From: Emiliania huxleyi CCMP1516
Taxonomy: Eukaryota
Assembly (NCBI RefSeq): GCF_000372725.1
Contig: NW_005201277.1
Span: forward strand, 134,347 to 198,346
Length of the DNA stretch: 64,000 bases
Reading direction: 5' to 3'
A program made the translations under genes and the position numbers. Within the stretch, counting starts at the first letter, position 1; each line of letters opens with the position of its first letter. The notes beneath the pieces are model-generated. The model saw only the letters and a list, made by a program, of their open reading frames with translations, was not told the origin of the DNA and did no database searches. Below are positions 32,772 to 45,665 of the stretch, piece by piece.

Positions 32772-35700
32772 TCATACAAACGTCGGCATGACCCGGATCT
32801 CGTAATACACCACCTTTGGCTTATTCGGCTTGCCCTCCACAGACTCCTCCTTGTACTCGCGCAGCTGGTTGGCAAGCTCCTCCGTGGAGCTCGCCTTGGC
32901 TCTGGATGGCCCCGGCTTTCCGCCGCTGCCGGACGGGGCGCCCGCTAGCACCGCTTCGGTCGAGAAACGCGAGTTGGTCTTTTGCTTTGTGGCCTTCCAT
33001 GCCGCCTTTTTGTCTTCTGCTGTCACTGCAGGCGAGTCCTTCTGCTCGAGAACCTGCAGCATGGTGCACGGCGGGAAGAGCACCTCCTCCTCGCCGGCAA
33101 ACTGCGAGAGCAGCGAGATGTCGGCGCCGTGGTGGAAGCCCGTGTCTCCCTCGCATGACGGGCGGAGGCTCCACAGCACGTTCGGGCCATTCTCGTCCAT
33201 GTACATCAAAGGCGTCGCGCGGTTGCGGGAAGTGGACATGAAGGCGGTGTCCGTGGCACAGACCATGCCGAGCTCGCCCCGCACCCAAAACGAGTATGGC
33301 AGCTCGCCGCGCACGCCACGGTAGAGAGGCTTTTCCGCCTCCTCTGGCAGCGTGATGGCGGAGAGCTTGCGGATGGCGCGGCAGAGGTGCGCCACAGTGG
33401 CGGTGAAGGTCGCCGCCGGGTGCGTCGCAATGAGCCGGCGGAAGCCGCCGGAATTGTTGCCGATCTCGCGCAGGAAGCGGTTTATGGGCTGGTAGGCTGG
33501 GCCAGTGTACAGCCGCACCGCGAGCACCTCCTCGCGCGTCAGGAAGGCGTTGGCCTCGCTCGGCATCGGCGTGTCCGGGCTTATCTGCTTCAGCTTCTCG
33601 CGCCGCTCTGCAATGCGCGCGTTCATGCGATCGCAAAACTGCACCACGGACATGCCGCCGTTTTTCTCGTCGCGCGTGCCGCGCGTCTTGTCAGCGGCGG
33701 GGACGGCTTCCCCGTTGACGTACTCCCACTCCTCGCGCAGCGTGTACATGACGTCCTTGAAGTCCGTCCAGGAGTAGTCTCGCATAAACTCCTGCTCGAG
33801 CGTGAGCAGCGGCCGCTCGATGATGTCGTCGAGGCCCTTGACAAACGCCTTGCGCGACGACGCGTACTGCAAAGAGACGGGCAGCTCCGCCATCTTGCCG
33901 CCTCCGGAGCCGCTCGAGCCGCCAAGCCGCTTCGGCGCCCTAAAGGTCGCCGTGACGACGAGAAGGTCGACCTTCGGCCTCGTCACGCCGTCTGGCGCGA
34001 GCCAGCTGCCGGCGCGCTTGGTCTCCTTGAGTCGGAACAGCGTGTTGGGCGGGAAGGCCCCCGAAGTCTGCTTCCGGGAAGTCGGCTTCAACGCCCCGCC
34101 GCCCTTCGATGCGGTGGGCGCGATCGTCTTCTTGATGACGATTGGTGCGTGGTCGCCGTGGTCGTCGCTCGCCGCCGCCTCGAAGCAGACAATGGGACCG
34201 CTGACAGGCTTCAAGCCCCCGTCGTCAAAGACCATGAAGCCCTCCTCGCTAAAGCAGTCGAGGCGGTCGTTTGCCTGAGGTGGGGGATGGAGAGCGCTGA
34301 GATGCGGGCTGCGCGGAGATGCTCAGCAGCCCGGGTGTGGGGTGCGGGGCGCGCGCACCATGACCATCACCTCGGAGACGAGCCCTCGGACGCCCGCCTC
34401 GTCGGGCGTGCGGATGCTGCTCCACTGCGAGTAGTCCGACGCCAGCCCAAACTTGCCCTCGAGGTTCTTGTACAGCGACGGCGGAAGCGCAAATTTCTTC
34501 TGCAGGTCGTACTCAGAGCTGAGAGCCTCGGAGAGGGCGTACGTGGAGCAGACGTAGTCCTTCCGGCCCTCCCGCATCGCGGCTGCCAGCGAGCCCCTCA
34601 CCGACTGCAGGGCGTAATAGATCTCCGCGTGCTTCGGATCCATGCCGCTATCGACGCTCTCCTTGATCCCGCGAGCAAACTTTTTGAGCACGCTGTCGAG
34701 GGACTTGTTTTCCCTCACATACTCCTCGGTGCCCTTGTCCTTGTCCGCCAGGTCGTCAGAACGCAAGTACTCCTCGGTCCGCAGCTTCACCCACTCCTCC
34801 CGCCACTTCTCCATGCAATCGTCCGGAGGCGGCCCAACGCAGTCTCGCAGCGAGCGCAAGTAGCCAGTGCGGCTGGTCGGGTTGCCCGGCGGAGTGAGCT
34901 CCGCCACTCGCGTGCGCGCTGCGAGGAGCGAACTCCCCGCCGCAAGCACCTGCTCGCGCGCTTCGCAGAGCTGCACGTCGGAGAGGTACTTCCCCAGAGG
35001 CCAAGTCAGCTTGGGCCGTGGCGCCGTGCCCTCGGGCGGCGGCGGCGGCGTGTTGGCGAAATAGAGCCGCGCCGAAGGGCGGAAGAGGCCGGGGCGGGTG
35101 AGCAGGACGGAGAGGCGGAGCAGGCCGGCCGCGCCGATCGACCAGAGGCGTTCTGGGAACTCTGCCCAGAACCGGTGCTTGCCCCACTTCTCGACGGCCC
35201 TGTCCCAGCCGGCGCCCTTCTGCTTCAGCAGCTCGTCGAGCGTCTTGTCCACCAGCGGCGTGAGCTCCTCCACCGAGATCCACCGCTCCGAGAAGCCGAG
35301 CTGAGCGATGTCCGCAAAGCCGGATATGGCCAGCACCCCGCCGCGTATCGGCACGTGGGCACGCAAGTGCGGCCAGCTGGCGTCGACCACGCGCTCGAGG
35401 CTCTGCCGCGACCGCTCGAGCGACGGCCACTCTCCGGCTGCTGCTGCCGCGTCCGCCTTGAAAGCGTCCTGCACCTCGCCCACGCTGAGCGGCATAGAGA
35501 CGGGAGACACCCCGCCCTCGGCGGTTGACATGCCGCGGATGCCCACCTGCACCGACGAGCCGCCGCCGGCGAGCAGCTGCACGCCGCCGTCATGCCCCGC
35601 GTCCTCAAAGGCCGCATGGAAGAGCGCCTTCGCCGCCGTCCACTCCCACCGCACCTCGTCGAGGCCCTCGACGACGCGGAAGGTGACATTCGGGTGCTCG

Positions 35701-38700
35701 CATCGGCAGAAGCGCGCGAACTGGTCAACCTTGCGCGCGCCCTCGTCGCTGTCCCGAATCTTGCGCACGCCGCCGGTGGCGCCGATGAAGATGCCCCGCT
35801 CCAGGTCGGCGTCGAAGTCGGCGAGCGTATCAGAGAGCAGCTTGAAGAAGAGTTCAAAGGTCTCATCGCCGCCGTCGTTGATGGCGTCGCCCAGTGTCAT
35901 GAAGCTCTTGTCGTCGCGCCGCAGCTTGGCGCTGTGGAGGATCACCGGCATGCCGTCTGGTCCCTGGTCGTACGCGAAAACCTCGGTGTGCCGCGAGCCG
36001 GCGTCGACCACAAAGGCCCTCGGCATCGAGACGCGCGCGGCGAACTTGACGGGAGCGACGCGTCGTGGAGAGGGACGCTCGAAGGAGCGGTGCTTGGAGA
36101 GGGAGACCTTGCCGTGGAGGTCTGGCGACGCGTCAGGGACGCTCACGCTTGCGAGAGAGCCGTCGCGGCTTTTGCCATCGAAGGTGACCGATTTGCGCGG
36201 CGACGGCGACCTTGGGCCCACCGACGGCTGATGTTTGGAGCTACAGGCACCTCCGAAGCAGCCACCAAAGCAGCCACCGCGCCCGATATCGACCACCTCG
36301 ACAGGGCTGTCGTGCTTATTTGCACCCGCTCGCTGCGTCGAGTGGTTCACGGCTGGCTCTGCCTGCTGCTCTGTACCTGCATCGGCCTCCTTCCTCTTCC
36401 GGAAGAGCTCTGCTCCCGGAAGTATCTCGTGCGCACTTGCCATCAGGCGGTCCTGCTCATCGACAGTCTCTCCCTTCAACCGCAGCGTCAACTCAACCAG
36501 TTGCGCGACGCGCTCATCGGAGTGGACGCCAAGCGGCAGCTTGAGTGCAATGTCGCCCGCGTACACTGTCTTGATGCTGGTGCTGGAGCTGAGATCGGCG
36601 GCAAGGAGCATGCTGTCCTCCTGGCTAAGGCTCTGGTCGGGCAAGTCAACCTCCCCGGACCGAAACCCGCAGAGCGTTTGCAGAGTCTGGTGCTGCTTGA
36701 AGACAGCCACGAGCTGCTGAGCCACCACGAGGGGAATGCTGTTGCCGAGGAGGTTGACCGTGATCAGCGAGCGGCTGGCTGCGAGGCCCTTGGCAATCGC
36801 AAGCACGCCAGTGGCGTCGACCAGTTTTAGTTTGGTCACGACAACGTCCTTCCTTGCAACCTCAACCTTCATCGACCGGCCGTCGAGGTCGTTGCCGTTG
36901 AGCTCGGTGGCCGCGTCCGCGGCGTGGGCGGAGGCGAACTGGAGGTAGCCGGAGCCCTCGATATTGCCAGAGTCCGCGTGCGTGAGCCACTCGATCTTCG
37001 TGATCTCGCCGCACTTGGCAAAAACCTCCTTGATCTGCTCATCGGTGACCGACCACGGGAGGTTGCCCAGGAAGACGCGGCCGCTGACTACTTTTTTCTC
37101 AGTGAAGTCCTTCGCCTCAAACACAATCAAATTGCGGTCCTGGTAGACCACCTCGGCCCCGACCTCCTTCGACTCACCCGAGAACAGCATGCCGATGCCC
37201 TTGCACAGCTGCTCTGCGCCAGCCGCCACGGCCGCAAGCGCCGCTTCGCGCGTGGCGAAGCGAACGATCGCAGGAGCTATGTGCAGCTCGCAAGTCTCGA
37301 TCCGCCCAAAGCTGCCAAGCGTCGCGAGGATCGCCTGCTCTTCGATGCCTCTCTTCAAGTCGAAGAGGCAGACGGAGCGCTCACCCTTAGTTGCGTCGAC
37401 GTAGTCGGTCACCTGGCAAATGCCACTGGAGGAGAGGTCGAGGGTGGTCAGCGTCTGGCTGAGCTTCAGAACGCCGGCGAGCAGGGTTGCAGCCGCCGGG
37501 CCAATCGGGTTGGACTTGACGACGAGGGACTGAGCACCCGCAGGCAAATCAAAGGCATCGCACTTGAGGGCTCCCAGCTTGCTCGCGCTGCTGCTGAGGA
37601 GCGACGCGCCAATGTTTCGCATGCCCGAATCGGTGATCGAGTTGGAGCTCACGTCGAGGTAGGACAAAGTAGAGTTCACGGCGAGAGCCCTGGCGAATGC
37701 GGCGGCGCCGTTGGGGCCAAGCTCATTGCCGCTGAGGTCGAGAGTGGCCAGCATCTTGTTGCACTTGAGCGCCTCGGCGAGAGCAGCGGCGCCCTCGTCG
37801 GCGAGCTCGTTGCCGCCGAGGCGTAGGTTAAGCAGCGAACGGTTGAAACGAAGATCGGCGGCGATGAGGATGCCGTCGGCCGGTCTGAGCTCCGACCCTG
37901 AGAGATCGGCCTCCGACTGGCCGGGCTGAAACCCGCAGAGCGTTTGCAGAGTCTGGTGCTGCTCGAAGAGGACGGTAAGCTTCTCGGCCGCCGCAGTGCC
38001 GATTTTATTCTCAAGCAGATTGACGCCGGCCGCCACATTGCCTTTCAATAGCAACGCGATCACCATGCCCGAGGCGACGCCAAAGCCCCTGTTAGAGAGG
38101 TCGAGAATCTCCGCGAGGGTCGGCGCGTCATTGCGGAGCTGCAACAGGTTGAAGTTCGAATCGTCGAGCTTCAAGTCTGTCAGACTCGTCTTAGTCTTGA
38201 TCGCGAGCGCCTCGCAGATGGCAGCGGCACCGTTAGGACCGATGTCTATGTAGCGCAAGTCGAGGCTGGTCAAGGTGCAGTTGCTCGCCAGCGCCTTGGC
38301 GATTGCAACGACACCGGAGTCGCTGATGTCGTTCTCGGAGAGGGTCAGAGTGGCCAACGTCTCATTGGCGGCGAGGGCCTTGGCGATCGAAGTGGCCCCC
38401 TCTGTGCTGATCTTGTTGTTGCGGAGGTCAATCACCTCCAGCGACGTGTTGACCTCGAGGGCGTTTGCTATCGCTGAAGCGCCGCGGTCTCCCAGTTCGT
38501 TTCCGGAGAGGGACAGGCTGGTCAGGGTCGGGTTGTCCTCAAGCAACGACGCGATCACGATGCCGGAGGCGACGCCGAGGCCCTTGCGGGAAAGGTCGAG
38601 GGACGTCACCGGCTCAATGCCACGTAGCTGCGACAGATTGAGCTTGAACCCGTCGAGGCTCAACTCGGATAGCACCGTGTTGATCTTGAGCACCGCGAGC

Positions 38701-41484
38701 GACTTCAGCGCGCCAGCAATCCGTTCGCCCTCGCGCGGGCCTAGCCGAGCATCTTCTACATCCAACGTCGCCAGCCGTGAAGCTGAGGCAAAGAGCAGCG
38801 CCGCTAGCCCGGAGCCGCGTCCCTTGGCCTTCGCGCCCAAGTTTAGCTCCTCCGACTCCAACAAGCGCGGCTCCGCCTCGCACAACGCCTTGAGCTGCTG
38901 CGGCCAGTCCTCAACGCAACTCGACGCAAGCACCGCGCTGTCAATCGCGCCGCCGAGCGCGGCATCGTCGTTGTAGAACGTGGCCTCGCGTGACGAAACT
39001 GAGTCTAGCCAGGCCTGGAGGAAGCGCGCAACGTCCTCGCGCGTCGTGCCCGTCGACTGAAAGAAGCCGTCCCACCCCTGCTCCACGCTCGTCTGGTTGG
39101 TCATCTTGTTGGTCAGCCCAAGCTGAAGCTGCTCGCTCATGTCCTGCACCACCTTACGCCGCTTCGACACGACCTGGTCCAGCGTGAGCGCGAGGAGGTT
39201 AAGACTGAGCCGCGCGTCGACGACGAGGGTGCCGCCCTCCACGCGCGTGCCGAGCGCCTCGATGCCGGTGAGCGGCGGCAGCAGCACCTCCTTCTCGTGC
39301 GGGTACTGTGACAGCCACGCGATGTCTGCGCCGCGGTCGACCATGCCCATCTGCATCTCGAAGATGGTCGAAGCGGCGCCCTGCGCGTACTGCATAGCCT
39401 GCGACTCGGTGGTGGTCGTTGAGGCGAAGGCGAACTCGACGCCGCCGCACGTGCCGAAAGAATTCGGCTCCCAGAAGGACGGCGGGAGCTTGGCGGACGA
39501 GAATCCGCGGTACACCTTGGTCGCCTTGGTGAGCTTGCTCAGCTTGATCACGCACGAGTTGATGCCGTGGATGGTCGTCGGGAAGTCGTTGTCGCCGTTG
39601 AGATCCTTTTGCTTCTGCTCGAGGCGAGGGTTGCCGCTCTTGGCGCGGAGCACCGCGTTGTAGAGCTCGTAGCATGGCCCCGTGTACAGCCGGCCGGCGA
39701 CGACCTCCTCCTCGACGAGGGCCGTGTGGCCGTGCGTCTTGAGCTCCTCGTTCTTGGTCTGCATCATCTCGAGCAGCTCCTCGTACGGCACGGGCTTGCG
39801 GCACAGCGACGGGCGCTCCTCGCGAAAGCCCTCGCGCTCCGCATAGACGCGAGCCGAGTTGGGCTCCGCGACAAACTCCCACTCGCCGGCCGGCGTGGTG
39901 GTCATGCCGTTGGAGGAGGTGAAGGCGACGTGCGACCGGTCGCGCAAGCAGTGCTCCTCCTGCATTCCCTTGAGCAGCGACTTGTTGACCATGCGCGGCG
40001 GCCCGATGAGTCCCTCGAGGCCTGCACGCGCACAAGGGCGGGTGGAGCGAGACGAGAGGTACAGGGCACAAGCACATGAGCGCTGCACCTCCGTAGAAGA
40101 GATCGACGTTGCCGTAGCTCATCTCAAAGGAAGCCTCCTGCTTGAACTTGTCGTTGAGCTCCGCGCCCGTCGCCGCCTTCTGGCCGCGCAGCTCCTCGAG
40201 GGCCTTCCAGATGGGCGTCGCCAGCCCGCCCAACTGCGCTGCCTGCAGCATGCCGTCGAGCCTCTCGCGCGACAGCGAGCACAGGTATGCAAAGGGGTCG
40301 TCGCCGGACGGGTCCTGCAGCGCCTCGCCGACGATGTCAAGGAGGTTGAGGGAGCGCAGCCAGCCGAGCACGCTCCAACCCGAGTCGTGCGCCGCACCGC
40401 TTCCCTCGAGCCACTCAAAGAGCTCGAGCCGCCGTGCCGCCCGCTCGATGAGACTGCGGTGGCCTCCGTACAGCTCACGCCACGCCTGCGACGCCCTGCC
40501 TTGCTCGTCCACGTGCAGCCACTTGACCGCCTGCGCATCGTCGCCCGAGGCGAGACGCAGCTTGTTTCCGAGCTCCTTTGAGCAATGGAAGTGGACGGCA
40601 GTCGTCTCGGTCCAGGCGTTGTCGGTGTTTCGCGGGTCGTCGGTGTAGCCGCGGTAGACTTGGCGGCCGCCGGCGAAGAGCTCCTTCATCTGCTTCTCGA
40701 AGAGCTCCTTCGCCTCGCCCTCGAGGTTGCCCGCCTCCTCCTTAAACTCGCGCTTGACCGCATCTGAGAGCGACTCCCCCTCGTCCACCATGCCGCCTGG
40801 CAGCGCCCACTGCTTGGTGTCGCACCGCTGGATCACAATCACCTGCAGCCGCCCGGCGTCGTCGTACCGTGTGACGATTGGGTCGGCGGCGTGGTTTGGC
40901 CCCCACTTGCCGAGCAGCCCGCGGCCGCACAGGCCGGTGCGCCCCATCGGGTTGAGCGGTCGGTCGCCGTCGAAGAGCAGCGCCTTGCCCACCGCCTCAG
41001 TCTGTCCATCAAAGGCATACGTCTTGCGGTCGGCCAGCTTGGCGCGGCTGACACGAGGCGGGTCGGCCCACCTGTCGCCGGTGTGCAGCTCGCGGCTATT
41101 GGCGAATACGGCATCGTCGGTCCACTCAGTCGGCGAGTAGCCAGCGAAAGGCACCTCCCACCGCACCTCGCCGTCCTCCACCGCCTGCCGCTGCGGGTAG
41201 GAGCTGTTCTCCTGGCTTCGCGACTTGACGTGCGGTGACTGCGTTGCGTCGAGCTCTGGTGCTCGCTGCGAATAGGCCTCGGGCGGTGCATCGGCGCGGA
41301 GCACAGGAGCCGAAGCGGTGCCAGCCCCGAGCGGATGCGGCGCCGGCTTCGACACGATCTCCTCGGCTCTCTCGCTGCTCTGAAGGCCCTTAGCGTTCGC
41401 ACTTGAAATGTGTGATGCACTGACTTCGGACTCTATCGCCGCACTCCGCTGTGGCCTAGCTAACTTCGACCCGGAGGAGCCCAT
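32772..41484 (-). CDS. Giant multidomain protein (~2,853 aa): myristoylation motif - NUDT9-like - ART - LRR (with 2 RRM) - GDA1/CD39-like NTPDase - degenerate ART - ART; exons 41484-40089, 40021-34359, 34274-32772
   Basis: Two in-phase GT-AG introns (40022-40088, 34275-34358) join three long ORFs; motifs NPMGRTG..GRGLLGKWGPNH, GGMVDEGE..REFKEEAG, VYRG/STT/EKEVLL, DAGSRHT/GATGGVR/GGSSVQ/WPLG, LYRG/STS/EEEVLF. Confidence 0.85.
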
Positions 41485-41584
41485 GAGAGCGGCGTGAGGA
41501 GCCCAAGGAACGCCCGCGACGTCTCATGTTATTGCGGTCGACCAGCCTGCAATTTTTCTTACTTTTTGGACGACCCAGAAGGGG

Positions 41585-41745
41585 AATCTCGGGTGATCTC
41601 GGGTAATATCGAACTCGTGTATTCGGGTTGCCTGCCCCGACACATCATTAGTGATCTCGGGTAGTCTCGGGTAATCGCGGGTTATCTCGGGTTATCTCGG
41701 GTAACCTCGGGTCATGTCGGGTCATCTCGGGTCATATTGGATCTC
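41585..41745. repeat. 10-bp (ATCTCGGGTN)n microsatellite-like array
   Basis: Direct reading of the sequence. Confidence 0.8.
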
Positions 41746-41841
41746 GCGTAGTCGGTACACACACACTCACATACACACACACGTTTGTACCGCGTCCTGT
41801 GCCCCCGAGTTCATTTAATAAATTAAACACACACACACACT

Positions 41842-41899
<58 letters not shown>

Positions 41900-42720
41900 A
41901 AACAAACAACGCCCACAACCCCGACTTCGCCCTCGACGAGGGAGGTGCGTCCAAGTACCCCACCATCGCCGCAGCCATCGCCACCTACGAGTACGCCCTC
42001 TCGGACTGGAAGGAGGTGTGCGAGAAGCGCGCCGCCCGCGACAAAACCAAGTACCACACCGTCCGCGGCGGCTACCTGACTGAGTTCTACCCCAAGAGCG
42101 TCCCGCTCCCCGAGCCCGAGTCCCTTCCAGCTACCGACGCGATTCTCAATGGCACTTGCAAATCCACGTACCCGCGGCCGCGGGCGCTCGCTGCCATCAA
42201 GAATCACAAGGACTGGTTCGCGCACCAGGAGCTCGTCAAGGCGCGGGACGTGCACGTCAAGAACAACCCGTCCCTCGGAGACAGCGCCGTCAACAACCGC
42301 GAAGCCTCGCGCTTCGTCTCCGCCTCAACGCCTTTCGCCGGCAAAGCCCTCGATGTCCGTGTCGACGGCACGTACGCCACCGCCCTCTCCTCCGACGCCC
42401 TCCAGGACGAGCTCCAGCGGAAGCTCGGCCTTTGGCTCTCCGTGGCGCTTCCCACCCTTCGGGTCGCGCTCGAGCGGGGCATGCCAGTCGATTTCTTTGG
42501 CGACTACCTTTACAACAAGGCCCACCACCGGCGGCCCCACGACGGCGTCCTCGCCGCCTGGGCGGACGCGATGCGCGCCCCGGCCAACGCGCCGGTCGTG
42601 CACGGTGACAAGGAGAAACCAGAGCTCACCCGGCAGTACAACGAGGGGTACAAGGTCGACCTCGCGGAACCCCACGCTGGCCCGGGAGGATGCGATGAGG
42701 TGAACGGCTCTTCTGTGTGC
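41900..42720 (+). mobile_element. Fragment resembling the post-RT C-terminal region of a CRE/R2-like (RLE) non-LTR element, abutting a (CA)n tract
   Basis: SRFVSAS..FAGKALD, LSSDALQDELQRKLGL, DFFGD..HHRRPHD, VDLAE spacing recalls CRE-clade C-termini; RT not present. Confidence 0.4.
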
Positions 42721-43325
42721 CGGCACAGAGCTCCGTGCAAGCCTTCCAGCGTGATAGGAACGAGTGTATCGCTTTGACGGATCGACCGTGCTTGTTATCC
42801 ACATCGATGTGACGCACACAGTGACACTTCAGACGACACACATTCTCCCACCCGCCGGGACGCAAAACGCTCTCGACGAGAGCCACAAGAAGGCGGCCAC
42901 ACAGCAAGCCGCTCGGTCGATCACGTTGCTCGCTCGATGCCGGCGAGCGCATGGCGCACGCCTTGGACGGTGGCGAAGCCAAAAACACCGGCAGTGGCCG
43001 TCCGCTGGCGTGAGCGGCGGCGGTCGAGACCTCACCCTTCGCGCCGACGACCCAACCTCACGCGGAACAACCCAACCCTTGCACAACCCTACCCAACACG
43101 AAACAACCCAACACAAAGCACGATTCTCAAGTTGCGCCCTCATGGTCTAAACTGGTTCGCTTGGTACCCTCATAATGTGGTCGCTCGCTGGTCCTCTCGG
43201 CTCGGCCACGCGTCGGACCAGCTCACACGAGCTCCAGACAGCCACCGGTCGCCACTGCACCAGTACCATACCCCGCAAAAAGTTGGAACCCTGCCCGCAT
43301 ACAACACACACACACACGTGTATAT

Positions 43326-45237
43326 ATGCTTCTTGCGGCGCTTCTCGCGTGCCGCGCCTTCACCGCGGCGCTGTCGCCCGCGCGTGCGCCGCTGCTACTC
43401 TCGTCGCCGCGTGTTGCGGCGGCGGCCGTGTCGGGTGGCCGCACACTTGCGCCTCGCCTGACGGGCGCAGCTGTGGCCCGCGGCGAGGATGTCGCCGGGA
43501 GCCGTCCCCAGATTGTCGCGGAGGAGGACGTCCTCGCCTACGTCGACTCGGTCCTCGCCGCCGACGCCGCCATCAACCACCCGCTCATCCCTGACAAGGT
43601 CGAGCGGCGGATGTACGGATTGGTCGTGCGGGTGGTGCTGCGCTCGCTCTCGATCGGGCTAGGCGCGCTGGACGAGAGCGTGCTGCTCGGCCGCGTGCTG
43701 CGCGTCCGCCTCGAGCCGAGTGAGCAGAGCCGGTGCCGGTGGCCTCTCCTCTCCACGCCTCTCTCCTCACACAAAAGCACAGCCGCACAAAAGCACAAAA
43801 ACACACAACCCCGGGCCCAAGATCGCACATGCACAGACAGTCGAGAAGGGAGAGACAGCGTCGACAGCCAGAAGGCAGCACTGGGTCCCAGGAAGGCGAA
43901 TGCGAAGCCGGCAGTCCGACCTCAGAGAAGAGTTCTCAAATGACACGCCTCCCTCACAGCACACCGGCACGACGAGGGCGCGGACTGGCGCGGACTGGCA
44001 CACACACCGGTACACCACGAGAGCCGCCTAAGCGACTCCGTTGAGAACGGCAAGGCACTTTGCACACTGCCGCTCCCCCCGCACGCTAGCTCGTTCACCG
44101 TCTGCCCCGCCTCCCTTGCCCAGGCCGGTCCGCGACCCCGACCTCGCGCTCGGCAGCTCTGTGCTCGAGGCGAGAGCGAAGTCATGATTGGACGCCATAA
44201 ACCGGCTATCTTGATGAATGAGGTAGAGAAGTAACTGCGCGCGACGCCGCTATGCTCGAGGCGGTGGCGGCGCAGGCGGCGGCGCGGCAGCCCGTGCTGG
44301 ACAAGGTGCTCGACCGCGTCCTCGACACTTCCGAGACACTTCCTCGACACTTCCGAGACACTTCCGAGACACTTCCGAGACACTTCCGAGACACTTCCGA
44401 GTGCTCAACAAGGTGCTGGACCGCGTCCTCTACGCCAACGTCGTGCGTTTCGCGCTGCGGCTGCTCTCGGACATGCTCCTCTCCACCTCGGTGAGTCTGC
44501 TGGGAAGTGTCTCGGAAGTGTCTCGGAAGTGTCTTCTAGGACATGCTCCTCTCCACCTCGGTGAGTCTGCTGGGCCTCACATTGAGGCTGACTGTCCTAG
44601 AAGCCGAATGGCGCATTCCTGTCTCCACAACCCGCGCTGAGCCGACACGTGTTCAGCTGTACTCGGCCTGTCTTGCGCTGTAGTTGGTACGCACCCCTCG
44701 TACCCACGCGGAGCTCTGAACGCGCTGCACAAGGCCGTACTCCCGCCCTGATGTGTCGGCGTACTCTCAGCGCAGGCTGAGCGTGGAGGGTTCCCTCGAC
44801 GAGTCGGCCGTGCGTTCTCCGGCAAGCGAGCCGCCCGCGGCGTGGGATGAGGCGAGGGGACGCCTCCGAGACACACCCGAGACACCCCCGAGGCACTTCG
44901 GAGACACACTTCAAGGACACTCCCGAGACACTTCCGAGACACTTCCGAGAGACGCCTCCGAGACACTCCCGAGGCACCCCTTGCGTCACTCCCGAGACGC
45001 GCCCGAGACGTCGCGACGCTGCCCCATCGTTCCAAGGACGAGGTGGAGAAGACCTTCGGCCCGCTCGTCGACGAGCTGCTACGAGACGACCGGATCAACC
45101 TGCGTCTCGTCGCCGACGGCCTCGAGCGCTCCACGTACTTGGGCGTCGTGCGCGCGCTGCTTGGGGTGGGGGCCGCCGTCGCGGGACAGGCGAGGGTGGA
45201 CGCGTTCGGCCTCGCCGTGAGCGCGTCGCTGCGATGA
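43326..45237 (+). CDS. Hypothetical protein, possibly plastid-targeted, with repeated VD.LL.D..IN..L.PD..ER..Y motif; multi-exon
   Basis: Signal peptide ..CRA-F bipartite-like N-terminus; related motif in first and last exons. Confidence 0.55.
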
Positions 45238-45665
45238 CGGATGAAGATCCAGGCCGCGTGCTTACTGTGCTCGTCGTGAAAAAATACTATATATTTTGGA
45301 CGCTAAGTACACGGCGTCAAAAAAGTTGTCACCCTTGTCACCCGAGGTCTGCGGCGGCGTGCGCGTGGTCTCAGGTCCGGGGGCGCGTCTTGGGACTCCC
45401 GCTCGTGTGACCCGGGTCCCTGCGGATTGCGAGTCTGCGAGGCGCATGCGGCGGATACAGGTCAGCGCCCCCCCCCCCCCACACCCACCCACCCACCACC
45501 ACTGCCTCTGCAGGACTCCAGCTGGTGGCACAGGGTGTCAGGCCACGGGGCTTCTTCACCACCCCTGCCCCCCCCCCCTCCCCTCCCACACGCGACACGG
45601 TACTTTGCGCCCCCGCCGGCCCGAGACGTGCCAAAAGGTGCCGCGGCTTGGCTCAGTAGACCAGC

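Noticed and set aside
33387..36830. Long plus-strand ORFs (713 aa, 412 aa) as overlapping genes
   Set aside because: Antisense shadows of a GC-rich coding strand; no recognisable motifs
39199..40088. C-terminal ~295 aa of the 761-aa NUDT9 ORF
   Set aside because: Out-of-frame read-through; the 67-bp intron switches into the ART frame
40430..41230. TRPM2 channel
   Set aside because: A NUDT9-type domain is present but there are no TRP transmembrane segments
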